Shown one piece after another: positions 10,597 to 19,517 of a stretch of DNA of 64,000 bases; within the stretch, counting starts at the first letter, position 1; every line of letters begins with the position of its first letter. The position numbers were made by a program, and so were the translations under genes. The DNA comes from Patescibacteria group bacterium (GTDB taxonomy: Bacteria > Patescibacteriota > WWE3 > UBA101185 > UBA10185), in contig BPJL01000007.1 of assembly GCA_026004595.1 (NCBI GenBank), forward strand, positions 12,460-76,459. The letters run 5' to 3'. The notes below the pieces were generated by a model, which was not told the origin of the DNA, searched no databases, and saw only the letters and a program-made list of their open reading frames with translations.

Positions 10597-11297
10597 ATAA
10601 ATATGTTATCATCATCTGATTCAGAACTCTCTTCTTTTATTCTATAATCATCTATGTTAATCTTTGGCTGTTCAGTCTCCTCAAACAGCTCACGATACAT
10701 TAAAAACATGTTGGCCCAATCATTTGGATCAACTGTTTCTGGTAAAGTGTTAAGTAAAAGATCCTGCCACTTCTTTTCCTTTGTTGCGATAAGTTTACTG
10801 TAAATAACACCAAAAGTCTTTAGCATCATGTTTCCCAGAATTTTGTTTTTTAATGTTTCAACACTGTTTTTTGCCTTAAGAAGATTAATGGCGTTGTCTA
10901 TCAGTTTTAACTTTCTGCTTTCAAGCTCTAGTTTATACTCCTCTTTTCTTATCAATGACTGTATAACTTTTAACTGTTCCGTGTTACCGTTGAGTTTTTC
11001 TTGTTGTTCCATTTCCCTTAGTCTAGAGAGGTTACCCATCTCAAGAGAGGTAATCTCCTTTTTCAAAGAGCCGACAACTTCGACAAGCTTTCTACAGTTA
11101 GCTATCTCTGCTCTATATCTGTTGTACTCTTTCAAGTACGAACGTGCTTCTCTGTACACGTGGTCATCAGCAGGTTCAATAACTTTAAAGTCAGGCGTTT
11201 TAAGCAGTTCTGTAAAATATAAACTTCTATTCTGGTTTACTTTGACTATATCTGATTCATCAAACATGTTTTCTATAGAAGTATATTTTTTTAACAA
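10593..11297 (-). CDS. Coiled-coil hypothetical protein (234 aa)
   Basis: Long ORF, heptad-like charged sequence. Convergent with Erv1, overlapping by 4 nt. Confidence 0.6.
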   Translation of the reverse strand: MLKKYTSIENMFDESDIVKVNQNRSLYFTELLKTPDFKVIEPADDHVYREARSYLKEYNRYRAEIANCRKLVEVVGSLKKEITSLEMGNLSRLREMEQQEKLNGNTEQLKVIQSLIRKEEYKLELESRKLKLIDNAINLLKAKNSVETLKNKILGNMMLKTFGVIYSKLIATKEKKWQDLLLNTLPETVDPNDWANMFLMYRELFEETEQPKINIDDYRIKEESSESDDDNIFI

Positions 11298-11298
11298 A

Positions 11299-12441
11299 TC
11301 AGATATACATGTTGTTTATCTCCTTCACCTCATTGATTCCACTTAGTTTCTTATACCTTTCAAAGGCTGTTTTAAGTATCTCATCGTCTATCACCAGTTT
11401 AGGTGGTTTATTTTGATTTTTAAAATTCTTAAAGACGTTACCCGAGTAAACCTGCTTTGCGTGAAAAGAGAGTCTAAGTGTGTCGCCTCCATAGTGTGGA
11501 AAGTACTTCTCATTTCCCTTGAAAAACTTTTCCAAGTCAACCGTTGTAGTCCAGCCAGACTTTTCCAACTGAGTCTGAAACACTTTTGCTAATCCCCTAT
11601 AACTGTAACCCGGTATTTCAAAAAGAAAGGTACACCTTCTTTTTAGCCCTGGCTGTGCTTTGAAAATGGTGTTTTCTATCATGTCTTTATAACCAGTGAA
11701 GTAAACTATTATGTCGTTGGGGTTTTCGTCCATAAAACGGTTTAACTCAGTCAAAGCCTCTAAACCAAACTGGTCTCTTTCACCCGTGTAAAGGGAGTAG
11801 GCCTCTTCTATTATTATCATCTTTCCCTTATTGCTGTTTAGAAAGTTACGACACTTGATTGAAGTTTGGCCGGCGTATTCAGCAACGAGTTCGGGTCTAC
11901 CGCAAATCACGATGTATGACTCGTCCTTGTCTTCATGTAAACCCTTTGGTATCTGATCAACGTTGGTGATATCAAGTACCTCATCATCCACGTCGTTTAT
12001 CATCTTCATTGCTATCTCCTGTATTTCGTCTAGAAGTCTATTCTCATAGGTCTCCTTCAGTTTTTCTACCCGAATCAGAATCTCAGAAAGACTCATTGAT
12101 CTATCATACGTGTCCATTTTAACACTCTTTTGAACACCGATGCTGTTAAATATTTTAGCTATTATTTTTGCTACTGAAGTCTTACCTACGCCAGGCGGAC
12201 CGTAAATTACCCCGTGTAACATTTGACCTTCGAACTTTCCATTGTTTTTGTAAGCAAGAACAAGCATCATCTGAATCTGTCTCACTATTGCATTTTTTAT
12301 ATCATCCATCTCTACCATGTCCTTCAGTTCATGGAGAGCATTTATCAGTCCGGCCATGTCTTTTATTATTTCTACTAAACAAAAGTTTAATTTATTCATC
12401 TCGTTAAGAGACTTGATGAGTTCTTCGAGCTCATTCTCCAT
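11299..12441 (-). CDS. AAA+/P-loop ATPase
   Basis: Walker A 'GPPGVGKTS'. Walker B-like 'KMIIIEEAYSLY'. No helicase motifs. Confidence 0.65.
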   Translation of the reverse strand: MENELEELIKSLNEMNKLNFCLVEIIKDMAGLINALHELKDMVEMDDIKNAIVRQIQMMLVLAYKNNGKFEGQMLHGVIYGPPGVGKTSVAKIIAKIFNSIGVQKSVKMDTYDRSMSLSEILIRVEKLKETYENRLLDEIQEIAMKMINDVDDEVLDITNVDQIPKGLHEDKDESYIVICGRPELVAEYAGQTSIKCRNFLNSNKGKMIIIEEAYSLYTGERDQFGLEALTELNRFMDENPNDIIVYFTGYKDMIENTIFKAQPGLKRRCTFLFEIPGYSYRGLAKVFQTQLEKSGWTTTVDLEKFFKGNEKYFPHYGGDTLRLSFHAKQVYSGNVFKNFKNQNKPPKLVIDDEILKTAFERYKKLSGINEVKEINNMYI

Positions 12442-12450
12442 TTTAATTGG

Positions 12451-13311
12451 TTATAAAAAAGTTCTATCAAGTATTCCCTCGTCAAACACAGTAGAAAAGA
12501 GTATGTCCATTAAGAACCTTGTTTTGCTGTCGATGATGTTGTCTTTCACTATACAGTCCATAGAACAGTAACAGCCAACCCAAGATCCCTCTACCAAAGG
12601 AAGCCTTAAAGCGTGACTTATGTCTCTTATGTCACTTTTGCAGTAATCACACTTACCAGTAAACCATTCTCCTTCTTCTCTACAGTTACAGGTTAGCATA
12701 CGACAGCCACCAGGTGCTATGCTACCCTCACAACTTCTTCTACCGTTTACCGGTCCAAAAAGCCTATCAGGGTTATATGGACAGTCACTCACCATAAGAA
12801 TGTTATCTAACACAGACATCACTTCGTCCGTTATGTCTTCGTTGTTGGAAGTAAACTTTAGAGGAGGCCTTTCTTCTTTAAGCACCACGTCTTTCCAGGT
12901 AGACTTTTCCAAAAGCTCTTTCGTTTCGTCTGACTTTTTGCTGACCCAGCTGGGGTAGTCCGCGTAGTTCTTTTCCTCTCTTAGCAACCAGTGCCTGATG
13001 GGTGATTTCTCGTCTAACAGTGAAACAATATAGTTTTTTTCTATGTCACCCAGCGTTTCTTCTTTTAAGCATTTTTTTATAGCAAGCGGTATAAGAAACT
13101 CTTTACCGGTTCTTATCAGGTGCTCAAGAACGTCCACTAACTCTACGTCAGAGGGCAGCTCTTCATCGTAAAGGTAGTGTGTGATTAGCTCAGAGTAAAC
13201 CGGTACCTTACCGTACCTTTTTATCAGCTCATCAAGTGAGGGTGTATTACTTCTTAAATAAGAATCAACTTCTTGTTCCATTTTATATTTCTGTGTATAT
13301 AAATCACTCAA
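12451..13311 (-). CDS. Cys-rich putative zinc-binding protein (286 aa)
   Basis: C-terminal cluster 'CEGSIAPGGCRMLTCNCREEGEWFTGKCDYCKSD...CYCSMDC'. Confidence 0.6.
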   Translation of the reverse strand: MSDLYTQKYKMEQEVDSYLRSNTPSLDELIKRYGKVPVYSELITHYLYDEELPSDVELVDVLEHLIRTGKEFLIPLAIKKCLKEETLGDIEKNYIVSLLDEKSPIRHWLLREEKNYADYPSWVSKKSDETKELLEKSTWKDVVLKEERPPLKFTSNNEDITDEVMSVLDNILMVSDCPYNPDRLFGPVNGRRSCEGSIAPGGCRMLTCNCREEGEWFTGKCDYCKSDIRDISHALRLPLVEGSWVGCYCSMDCIVKDNIIDSKTRFLMDILFSTVFDEGILDRTFL

Positions 13312-13461
13312 TATTTATACGTTGTAACATTACCCAGCCTTGATACTACCATTCCAAACCCATAGGTAAAGAAAAGATACATCAAGAATGTGATAAAAAG
13401 AGATACCATATATAAAGGATAGCTAAACTCTGTTCCCCTCATTTTATTATAGTCAGATAAA

Positions 13462-14883
13462 ATGATAGTCTACAAACATTTAGAAAACTTTTGGCCATAT
13501 AATGACAAGCCACCGTTTGATCACAGACTTGATAACGAAACGTTGGTTGTAATCGATGCTGAACCGGGGGAGTATACTACTGATCAGGGAAACGTTGTTA
13601 CTCTGTATGACTATCGTAAGGTCCCAGTCTCTGACACAAATAAACTGGGTAGACACAAAAACGAGTTTACCTGCGTTGACGTGGTGTTTTCTACAACAGA
13701 AACCGACGAGAGGGGCTTTTGGAACAACTGGAGGTACGACCTAAGGGAGTCCACTTTAGCTGAACTTGTTATGAGTCTTGTTGAAGGGCTAGAGAACGAG
13801 TATGAAGTTGTAAGAAAGCTTGTTGTAAAAGTAAACGAGATTCTCGAGGGCTGTTGGGACTGTGAAAAGTTTAACGAAAATACGAGCCCGCTTAGATGGA
13901 AAAGGACAAGAGAGATAACAAGAGAGTACCATGTCAACCGTTCTCCAGTGAAGTACGGTCAGTGTTGGGTTTTCTCTGAACTGCTTACGTCAATGTTTAG
14001 GTTTCTTGGAATAAAGTCCAGAACCGTTTTCATAAAGAACGCGAGAATTGACAGAGGGGAGAACTCTGGAATTGACATAGAACTTGTTACAACCAAGGGA
14101 GATGATTTTATTGAACTTGACTTTAAACCCAGTTTTTCATCTGTTCCCTGTAACGATAACTTCTCAGCAAAAGTCAACAGAACATTCTATCACCATGGCT
14201 ATAAAGAGATGATAGACACGTGGGACTACATAGTAAGAGGCGACACTAAGTGGAATTATCACCTCTGGAACGAAGTCTTTTTGGATCAAGAGTGGTGCTG
14301 TCTAGATGGTTCTCCTACTAGAAGAACGAAAATAGAAGACAAGTACTATGATCACTTTGGCTCTGGACCGGTTCACGTTTCCTGTATTAAGTTTGGGGAG
14401 GTTTGTAACGGAGACTTTGACTACTTTAACTCAACAGTAAATTCAGTCTTTAGGTACTGGAGAACAGAGGTGATTGATAACAGACCGTTCGTTATACCGT
14501 TTAAGATAGTCTACTCCTCTGATCACCAGCACCCAATAAAAATTTTAACAAACTCTACTGGAGTTTTTGGAAAAATCGTTATTGACAGGAATTACAAACC
14601 AGAAGATGCTAAAGAGCATCACCTTAAGAACCATCCAGTTTTGATTGAAAGGGTGGGAAAAAAGATCAAGCTGTTAATAAGGAAAAAACTGGAAGGTGAT
14701 TTTTATTTCCAGTTTTGTCAGTTAAGACATAACTTTGATGAGTATCAGGTTGTTTCATTAAACGTAAAAAGACTAAATAGAACAATGGACTATAAACTAC
14801 CTAAGATACGCTCAGACGTTAACCTTTTGTCGTTGCTTATGATAGACCTTAACACACGTAAATGGTGGGCATCAGTCTGCTAA
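13462..14883 (+). CDS. Transglutaminase-like (papain-fold) enzyme with intact Cys-His core
   Basis: 'GQCWVFSELLTSMF' (catalytic Cys in the canonical G-Q-C-W-V-F context) followed by 'WNYHLWNEVFLD' (His in Y-H-x-W-N-E-V), as in the transglutaminase core domain. Confidence 0.7.
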   Translation: MIVYKHLENFWPYNDKPPFDHRLDNETLVVIDAEPGEYTTDQGNVVTLYDYRKVPVSDTNKLGRHKNEFTCVDVVFSTTETDERGFWNNWRYDLRESTLAELVMSLVEGLENEYEVVRKLVVKVNEILEGCWDCEKFNENTSPLRWKRTREITREYHVNRSPVKYGQCWVFSELLTSMFRFLGIKSRTVFIKNARIDRGENSGIDIELVTTKGDDFIELDFKPSFSSVPCNDNFSAKVNRTFYHHGYKEMIDTWDYIVRGDTKWNYHLWNEVFLDQEWCCLDGSPTRRTKIEDKYYDHFGSGPVHVSCIKFGEVCNGDFDYFNSTVNSVFRYWRTEVIDNRPFVIPFKIVYSSDHQHPIKILTNSTGVFGKIVIDRNYKPEDAKEHHLKNHPVLIERVGKKIKLLIRKKLEGDFYFQFCQLRHNFDEYQVVSLNVKRLNRTMDYKLPKIRSDVNLLSLLMIDLNTRKWWASVC

Positions 14884-15389
14884 ACAAACACATATGAGAT
14901 ACCGCTTTTTATTTCTTCAAAGTACTTTCTGGGATAGTAAACCTTCTCAATAATTCTAAGTGCCTCTTTCTTGATTTCATTGCCTATTCTACTTCTTGTT
15001 GTCATAAAAAAGACGCCAGAGATGGTAACCTGCTCGTTTGTATCAGGGTTTTTAGCACTGACATTAAACTCTATTTTCGCTCTGTAGCGTGGCTCAAACT
15101 GTCTTCTCGGGCGTGTAAACCGGCGCACGCTTCCCCGCCTCCGGTCGTCAGTGTGATAAAAGAACCTACAGTGATCCTCGTTGTCTATATCACGGCACGC
15201 GTTTCCAAAACGACACCTTTTCTTGTAGTCACAGATAAACCTTTTCCTGTGCTCTGGATCATCGCGCTTGTTGCACCTGTAGTGATGAACACAGTACTTT
15301 CTCCTAGTGTCTAGATCGCTCAGCGGCACTGACCTTTCACTGGCGGGGCTACTTCTTCTTGGACTTGAACTACTCTCTGTATCTGACAT
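14880..15389 (-). CDS. Basic Ser-rich N-terminus, Cys/His-rich putative zinc-finger protein (169 aa)
   Basis: 'CVHHYRCNKRDDPEHRKRFICDYKKRCRFGNACRDIDNEDHCRFFYH' (CCCH-like spacing). Its stop codon overlaps the TGase stop (convergent). Confidence 0.55.
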   Translation of the reverse strand: MSDTESSSSPRRSSPASERSVPLSDLDTRRKYCVHHYRCNKRDDPEHRKRFICDYKKRCRFGNACRDIDNEDHCRFFYHTDDRRRGSVRRFTRPRRQFEPRYRAKIEFNVSAKNPDTNEQVTISGVFFMTTRSRIGNEIKKEALRIIEKVYYPRKYFEEIKSGISYVFV

Positions 15390-15395
15390 TTTTGT

Positions 15396-15932
15396 TTAGG
15401 TTTTATCAAACAGTTTCATTTTTATACCAGTTGTTAAACCTTTTATCTCGAAAGTACCGGGTCCGTCTATAACACTGAAATCATTGAAGCACTCATCCAG
15501 CTTTGTCCAGTCTTTAGTGTTAAAGATAATCACTCTCTCCTTGTCACCCAGAACAACTTTTTCGTTCAGTTCGTGTAGTTTAAGGTAATTACTTCTCTTT
15601 ATACCAGAAACAATAAAGTATCTTGCTTCTGGTTGTGCATCACTGTTGATGACTAGTCTGTAAGTTCCAGTCTTACCAGGTGAAATGTAAATTGTGTTCC
15701 AGGTGGACAGCCTTAAGTTGCTAACGTAAAACCTGTCAACAAGTACTTCCCTGTTATCACTGGTAACCTCAAACAGCTCCACGTACCAGAAACAGAAGTT
15801 AACGTTAAATTTCAGGTCTAACCTAATTGACTCGTGATACTTAAGATAAAACAGGTCACCGGTAGAGTCTTTTTTACAAAAGAGTATCAGGATTATAACT
15901 AATAATAAAAATACAACAAAATAGATTAACAT
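15396..15932 (-). CDS. Membrane-anchored hypothetical protein (N-terminal TM)
   Basis: 'MLIYFVVFLLLVIILILF' hydrophobic N-terminus. Its start codon is 7 nt from the divergent start of the next gene. Confidence 0.55.
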   Translation of the reverse strand: MLIYFVVFLLLVIILILFCKKDSTGDLFYLKYHESIRLDLKFNVNFCFWYVELFEVTSDNREVLVDRFYVSNLRLSTWNTIYISPGKTGTYRLVINSDAQPEARYFIVSGIKRSNYLKLHELNEKVVLGDKERVIIFNTKDWTKLDECFNDFSVIDGPGTFEIKGLTTGIKMKLFDKT

Positions 15933-15939
15933 CTTTTAA

Positions 15940-16812
15940 ATGAGGACATCAAATATTGTTCTTGTGGCAAGCATTGAAAACCAGACGGGAAACCTTATTG
16001 ACCTTTTTGACACCATGGCTATTCACAAAGTAAACTTTGTTGTTGGCTCTAAAACAAAGAATAGAGAACCGGTCCCCTTCTTTGGAATAAACAACGTGAT
16101 AGTCGGTATCTGTCTTAACGGAAAAAACAGAGGCATTAGTCGTAACAAAAGACAGCTGCCTAACCTACTACAGCTTGACTACCAAGTCTTTGACAGAAAC
16201 GTTAGTGTTAAAATGGGTGAAAGGATGATTCATCTCACTGGGCTAAAGAACAAGGATCAGGGTGTGAAGGTTATGGAATCATTGTTTGAGCATGTTGCAA
16301 TGACTAAGAACAATGTTGAACTGGTAGTCAACTGGGACGAAGAAACCAAAAGAAATGCTCTGGAGCAGCTGAAAGAGCTGTTTTACAACAAAGAGGCCAT
16401 ACACAACCTTGACAGCCGCGGGTTAAAGTATCTAGCCGTGTTCTCCTATGAGTATGATAACGTAGAAGAATACCTTGAGAAAGTAAAATCCATTTTGTAT
16501 AATAGAAGAGAGATAAGCATTCCAAGAGTAAAAGATATAAACATATGCAATGGAGTCTATATCTCCTCTTTCAACTGCTCTATCCCATTGTTAAAAACAG
16601 CACAGATGTTATCAAAGCTCAACAAATATGAAGTTCTGTTTCATAACTGGAACTCAAAAAGAAACATCTGCATTGCTATCAACAGGCTTGGTAAAACGCA
16701 CAAGTTCACGATACACAGAAACGGCTCGGTAAAGCAGTACTCTCCTTCTGACTTTGACGAAGCAGAGAAGGTGCTTGATGAGGTAACCAGAGACATACTA
16801 ACAGTTATATAG
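15940..16812 (+). CDS. Hypothetical protein (290 aa)
   Basis: Long ORF, no secure motif. There is faint two-repeat resemblance to TBP-like folds, which I do not claim. Confidence 0.6.
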   Translation: MRTSNIVLVASIENQTGNLIDLFDTMAIHKVNFVVGSKTKNREPVPFFGINNVIVGICLNGKNRGISRNKRQLPNLLQLDYQVFDRNVSVKMGERMIHLTGLKNKDQGVKVMESLFEHVAMTKNNVELVVNWDEETKRNALEQLKELFYNKEAIHNLDSRGLKYLAVFSYEYDNVEEYLEKVKSILYNRREISIPRVKDINICNGVYISSFNCSIPLLKTAQMLSKLNKYEVLFHNWNSKRNICIAINRLGKTHKFTIHRNGSVKQYSPSDFDEAEKVLDEVTRDILTVI

Positions 16813-17505
16813 TTTGATCAACACGTCACTCCCGTAAACCTTTACCATCCCTTCAGTGAAAACCCTTCTTACTTCCCCAAAAATGTAGGCGTACCTACCT
16901 GTTTCCAGATTGTTTACTATCTCTTCACCGTCGTACATCATCTTCTCTTCTTTGTAACTGGTTGACAGTATCAGATTGTTATTGTAAACTCTTACTATTT
17001 TAGCAGTTTTGTTTTGTGGTACTAATTCACCGTCCCTGTTAAGTTTGAAAAGCTTATCATCCATTGTTGTTATGTACAGTTCACCGTTAAGCACGTCAGA
17101 GTACCTTATCTTCTCAGGTGATTTTATTGTTTCCTTTAACTTAGTGAAGTCTTTATCCCACACTTCAACTGTGTCTTTTCCAAGCAGTGATATGTATAAC
17201 AGGTCGTTGTAATATGAGACCGATGTTACCTTCTTCTCAATCCTTTTACCAAAGACACTAAAGGAACAGTAAACCTGTTTAAACGCATCAACGACGCAAA
17301 TGCCGTCTTCACAGTGAGTACCCGGTCTGCACTCTTCATTAGAAGTACAGGAACCAAACCTTGGTGCATAGCAGTTTCCATGAAAGCACACCTTATCTTT
17401 AGGACAATCTGAGTTAAAGCTACATCCACTGTGATGAAAAAACAGTACAGCAAAAACGGTTATAACGATAATGATTATAATGATAATTAGAAAAACGATA
17501 TACAT
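16798..17505 (-). CDS. Signal-anchor/TM protein with Cys-rich (EGF-like) ectodomain
   Basis: N-terminal 'MYIVFLIIIIIIIVITVFAVLFF' then 'CSFNSDCPKDKVCFHGNCYAPRFGSCTSNEECRPGTHCEDGICV'. Confidence 0.6.
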   Translation of the reverse strand: MYIVFLIIIIIIIVITVFAVLFFHHSGCSFNSDCPKDKVCFHGNCYAPRFGSCTSNEECRPGTHCEDGICVVDAFKQVYCSFSVFGKRIEKKVTSVSYYNDLLYISLLGKDTVEVWDKDFTKLKETIKSPEKIRYSDVLNGELYITTMDDKLFKLNRDGELVPQNKTAKIVRVYNNNLILSTSYKEEKMMYDGEEIVNNLETGRYAYIFGEVRRVFTEGMVKVYGSDVLIKLYNC

Positions 17506-17510
17506 TTTAA

Positions 17511-18032
17511 ATGAAGCAGATATTAAAGCTTATCGAAGTTAGAGGCTTTACTCTGGACATGGAAACAGCAAGAGAAATCGCAAAAAAACATGAGATAGAA
17601 GAGGAAAGACTCTTTTTTGCTAGAAAGGACAAAACTGGTCTAGTTGTTTTTATTGCGCGTGATGACGAAAAAAAGATATACGCAATAGCTCTAGACCAGT
17701 TAGATGATGTTAGATACATATGTGTTACTGAAGACCAGGTAAGACAGTCAGTGATAAGACATCCAAAACTTGACACAATTGACATAACTTTCTTTACAAA
17801 AGAGGAGCTTCTTTTTAATCCGTTAGAGCACGTCTACAACGGACTTAATGCCAGTATAGTAAAGCTTGATAACATTGACGTAACTAAGTTTCCAAGGATA
17901 TCACGCAATGATCCAACGGCAAAGTACCTCGGAGCTAAACCGGGTGAGGTTATTCGTTTTGAAGTCACTTCTCCTATCCCCGGTACACTTCTTGACAAAG
18001 AGATAACGTTTAGGTACGTTGTTGATTCATAA
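17511..18032 (+). CDS. RPB5: RNA polymerase subunit RPB5/RpoH-like
   Basis: The C-terminus 'DPTAKYLGAKPGEVIRFEVTSPIPGTLLDKEITFRYVV' matches the conserved RPB5 C-terminal domain (…DPVARYYGLKRGQVVKIIR.SETAGRYITYRLV). Confidence 0.65.
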   Translation: MKQILKLIEVRGFTLDMETAREIAKKHEIEEERLFFARKDKTGLVVFIARDDEKKIYAIALDQLDDVRYICVTEDQVRQSVIRHPKLDTIDITFFTKEELLFNPLEHVYNGLNASIVKLDNIDVTKFPRISRNDPTAKYLGAKPGEVIRFEVTSPIPGTLLDKEITFRYVVDS

Positions 18033-19491
18033 AGTCTTCTTTCACCGTCTGAAAGTCATATGGCACATAGTTTTTAATGTAACTCTCAACAAGTTTCGTT
18101 ATTCCTGGAATGTTCAACTTTTCCTGACAGTAAATTGCCAGCATAACCCTAGTCGCGTTTGGCTTTCTGTAATTGACTTCCCGCACCGAAAGTTCACCTC
18201 TGAGAAGTTTATCATACTTTCCCTTTCCTATGACGTAGTGCCCAGTGAGTATAAGGGTGAGTCCTATCAAAAAGTCCTGTGGCAGTTCTTCGTCAAACAC
18301 TGTCTTGTAGAACTCAGAGAGCGTTGGCTTTTTTCCTCTACCGCGAGCACGACCATACCTGTCAATATCTCTCTTGTTATAGATAATTTTTACCTGTTTC
18401 TCTGGTTCAAAGTCAATCGCCTTTTCAACGTTGTTTAAGTACCTGCCGTAACGGCGTACCAGGTACCTTTTCCTTTTGTCATCATGCTCTGGTATGATTT
18501 CCGTTGAGTCTTCGACGAAGATTCTAAACCCGAGTTCCGAGTACTTCTTAATCCTCCTGTTGATAAACTTGTTTCCTTCTATCAGTGATTTTAAGTACTC
18601 CTTTCTCAAGTAAGAGATACGATTAAGCGTTTCGACTGGTTTTGACGCCCCAAGGTTCCACCCGTTGAACCAAACCTCACAACAGGTAAGGTCAAAGTTG
18701 TTAACGACTTCTAGGGGAGACTTTTCAACCAACATAATATCAATGTCAATGTCCTTTAGTAGAGCCCTGGCAATAATACCATTTTTTCTGAAGAATGATA
18801 TCCCATAAGACCTAACTGAGAAGTCTTTTACTGTTATCTCACCGAAGATCTTCTCGAGTTCCTCTCGCTTTGAAACGTGAACATAAAGATCAACATCGCC
18901 GAAGCCCTTTCTCAATATTTCAGCTTCATGTTTTCTTATTTTAACGGTTGGACTCTGAACGGCTTCTCCCTTGATTTCCAGTTCTGGAGGCTTAACACCT
19001 GACTCGGCGAAAAGTCTTAGCATGTAACCACCGGCTATTAGGGCATCGTTGTTCTCTTCGTTACCGTTGAGACGCTTGAGCACGTCCGTTAAAAACCTAA
19101 ACCTTTCCCCGTCGGCCTTTCGTAAACATTCATCCAGAAACTCAACTGATTTGTACTCTCTACCATAGCTAAGAACCATTTCAACTAAAAACCTGTACTT
19201 TGACATGGTTAACACGTGCTTTTCCCACGGTTTATCATCAAAGTTTACTAGGATGTCAAGATACTGCTTCCATGCTCTTCTGCAGTAGTATGTGTCACGA
19301 ATTTCTCTTTCCTCCTTTACTTTATAAATGAACTCATTCAGTGTTATTTCACATGAAAACAGCTTATCCTCTAGCTTTTTAAGCTCCATTTCAAAGAGCT
19401 TCCAGAACTCGTACTTGTCAAAGTCTTCAGTGTATTTTTTAAAAAGTACTCTTTTAACCCTTTCAACAATGTTTTTATTTTTGTCTGCCAT
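18010..19491 (-). CDS. Hypothetical protein (493 aa)
   Basis: Long ORF. It contains 'GFGDVDLYVHV', but the spacing does not fit a nucleotidyltransferase signature. Function unknown. Confidence 0.6.
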   Translation of the reverse strand: MADKNKNIVERVKRVLFKKYTEDFDKYEFWKLFEMELKKLEDKLFSCEITLNEFIYKVKEEREIRDTYYCRRAWKQYLDILVNFDDKPWEKHVLTMSKYRFLVEMVLSYGREYKSVEFLDECLRKADGERFRFLTDVLKRLNGNEENNDALIAGGYMLRLFAESGVKPPELEIKGEAVQSPTVKIRKHEAEILRKGFGDVDLYVHVSKREELEKIFGEITVKDFSVRSYGISFFRKNGIIARALLKDIDIDIMLVEKSPLEVVNNFDLTCCEVWFNGWNLGASKPVETLNRISYLRKEYLKSLIEGNKFINRRIKKYSELGFRIFVEDSTEIIPEHDDKRKRYLVRRYGRYLNNVEKAIDFEPEKQVKIIYNKRDIDRYGRARGRGKKPTLSEFYKTVFDEELPQDFLIGLTLILTGHYVIGKGKYDKLLRGELSVREVNYRKPNATRVMLAIYCQEKLNIPGITKLVESYIKNYVPYDFQTVKEDFMNQQRT

Positions 19492-19517
19492 TTTGTATGG
19501 TTGTATAATTTTTTACT

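Noticed and set aside
15940-16812. Possible TATA-binding-protein-like two-repeat fold in the 290-aa hypothetical protein
   Set aside because: Only a vague similarity of two 'hhhhGhxhxGK' segments. Too weak to call without profile searches.
18010-19491. Possible nucleotidyltransferase (poly(A) polymerase-like) from 'GFGDVDLYV'
   Set aside because: Spacing between the Gly-rich element and the DxD does not fit the Pol-beta NTase signature. Left as hypothetical.
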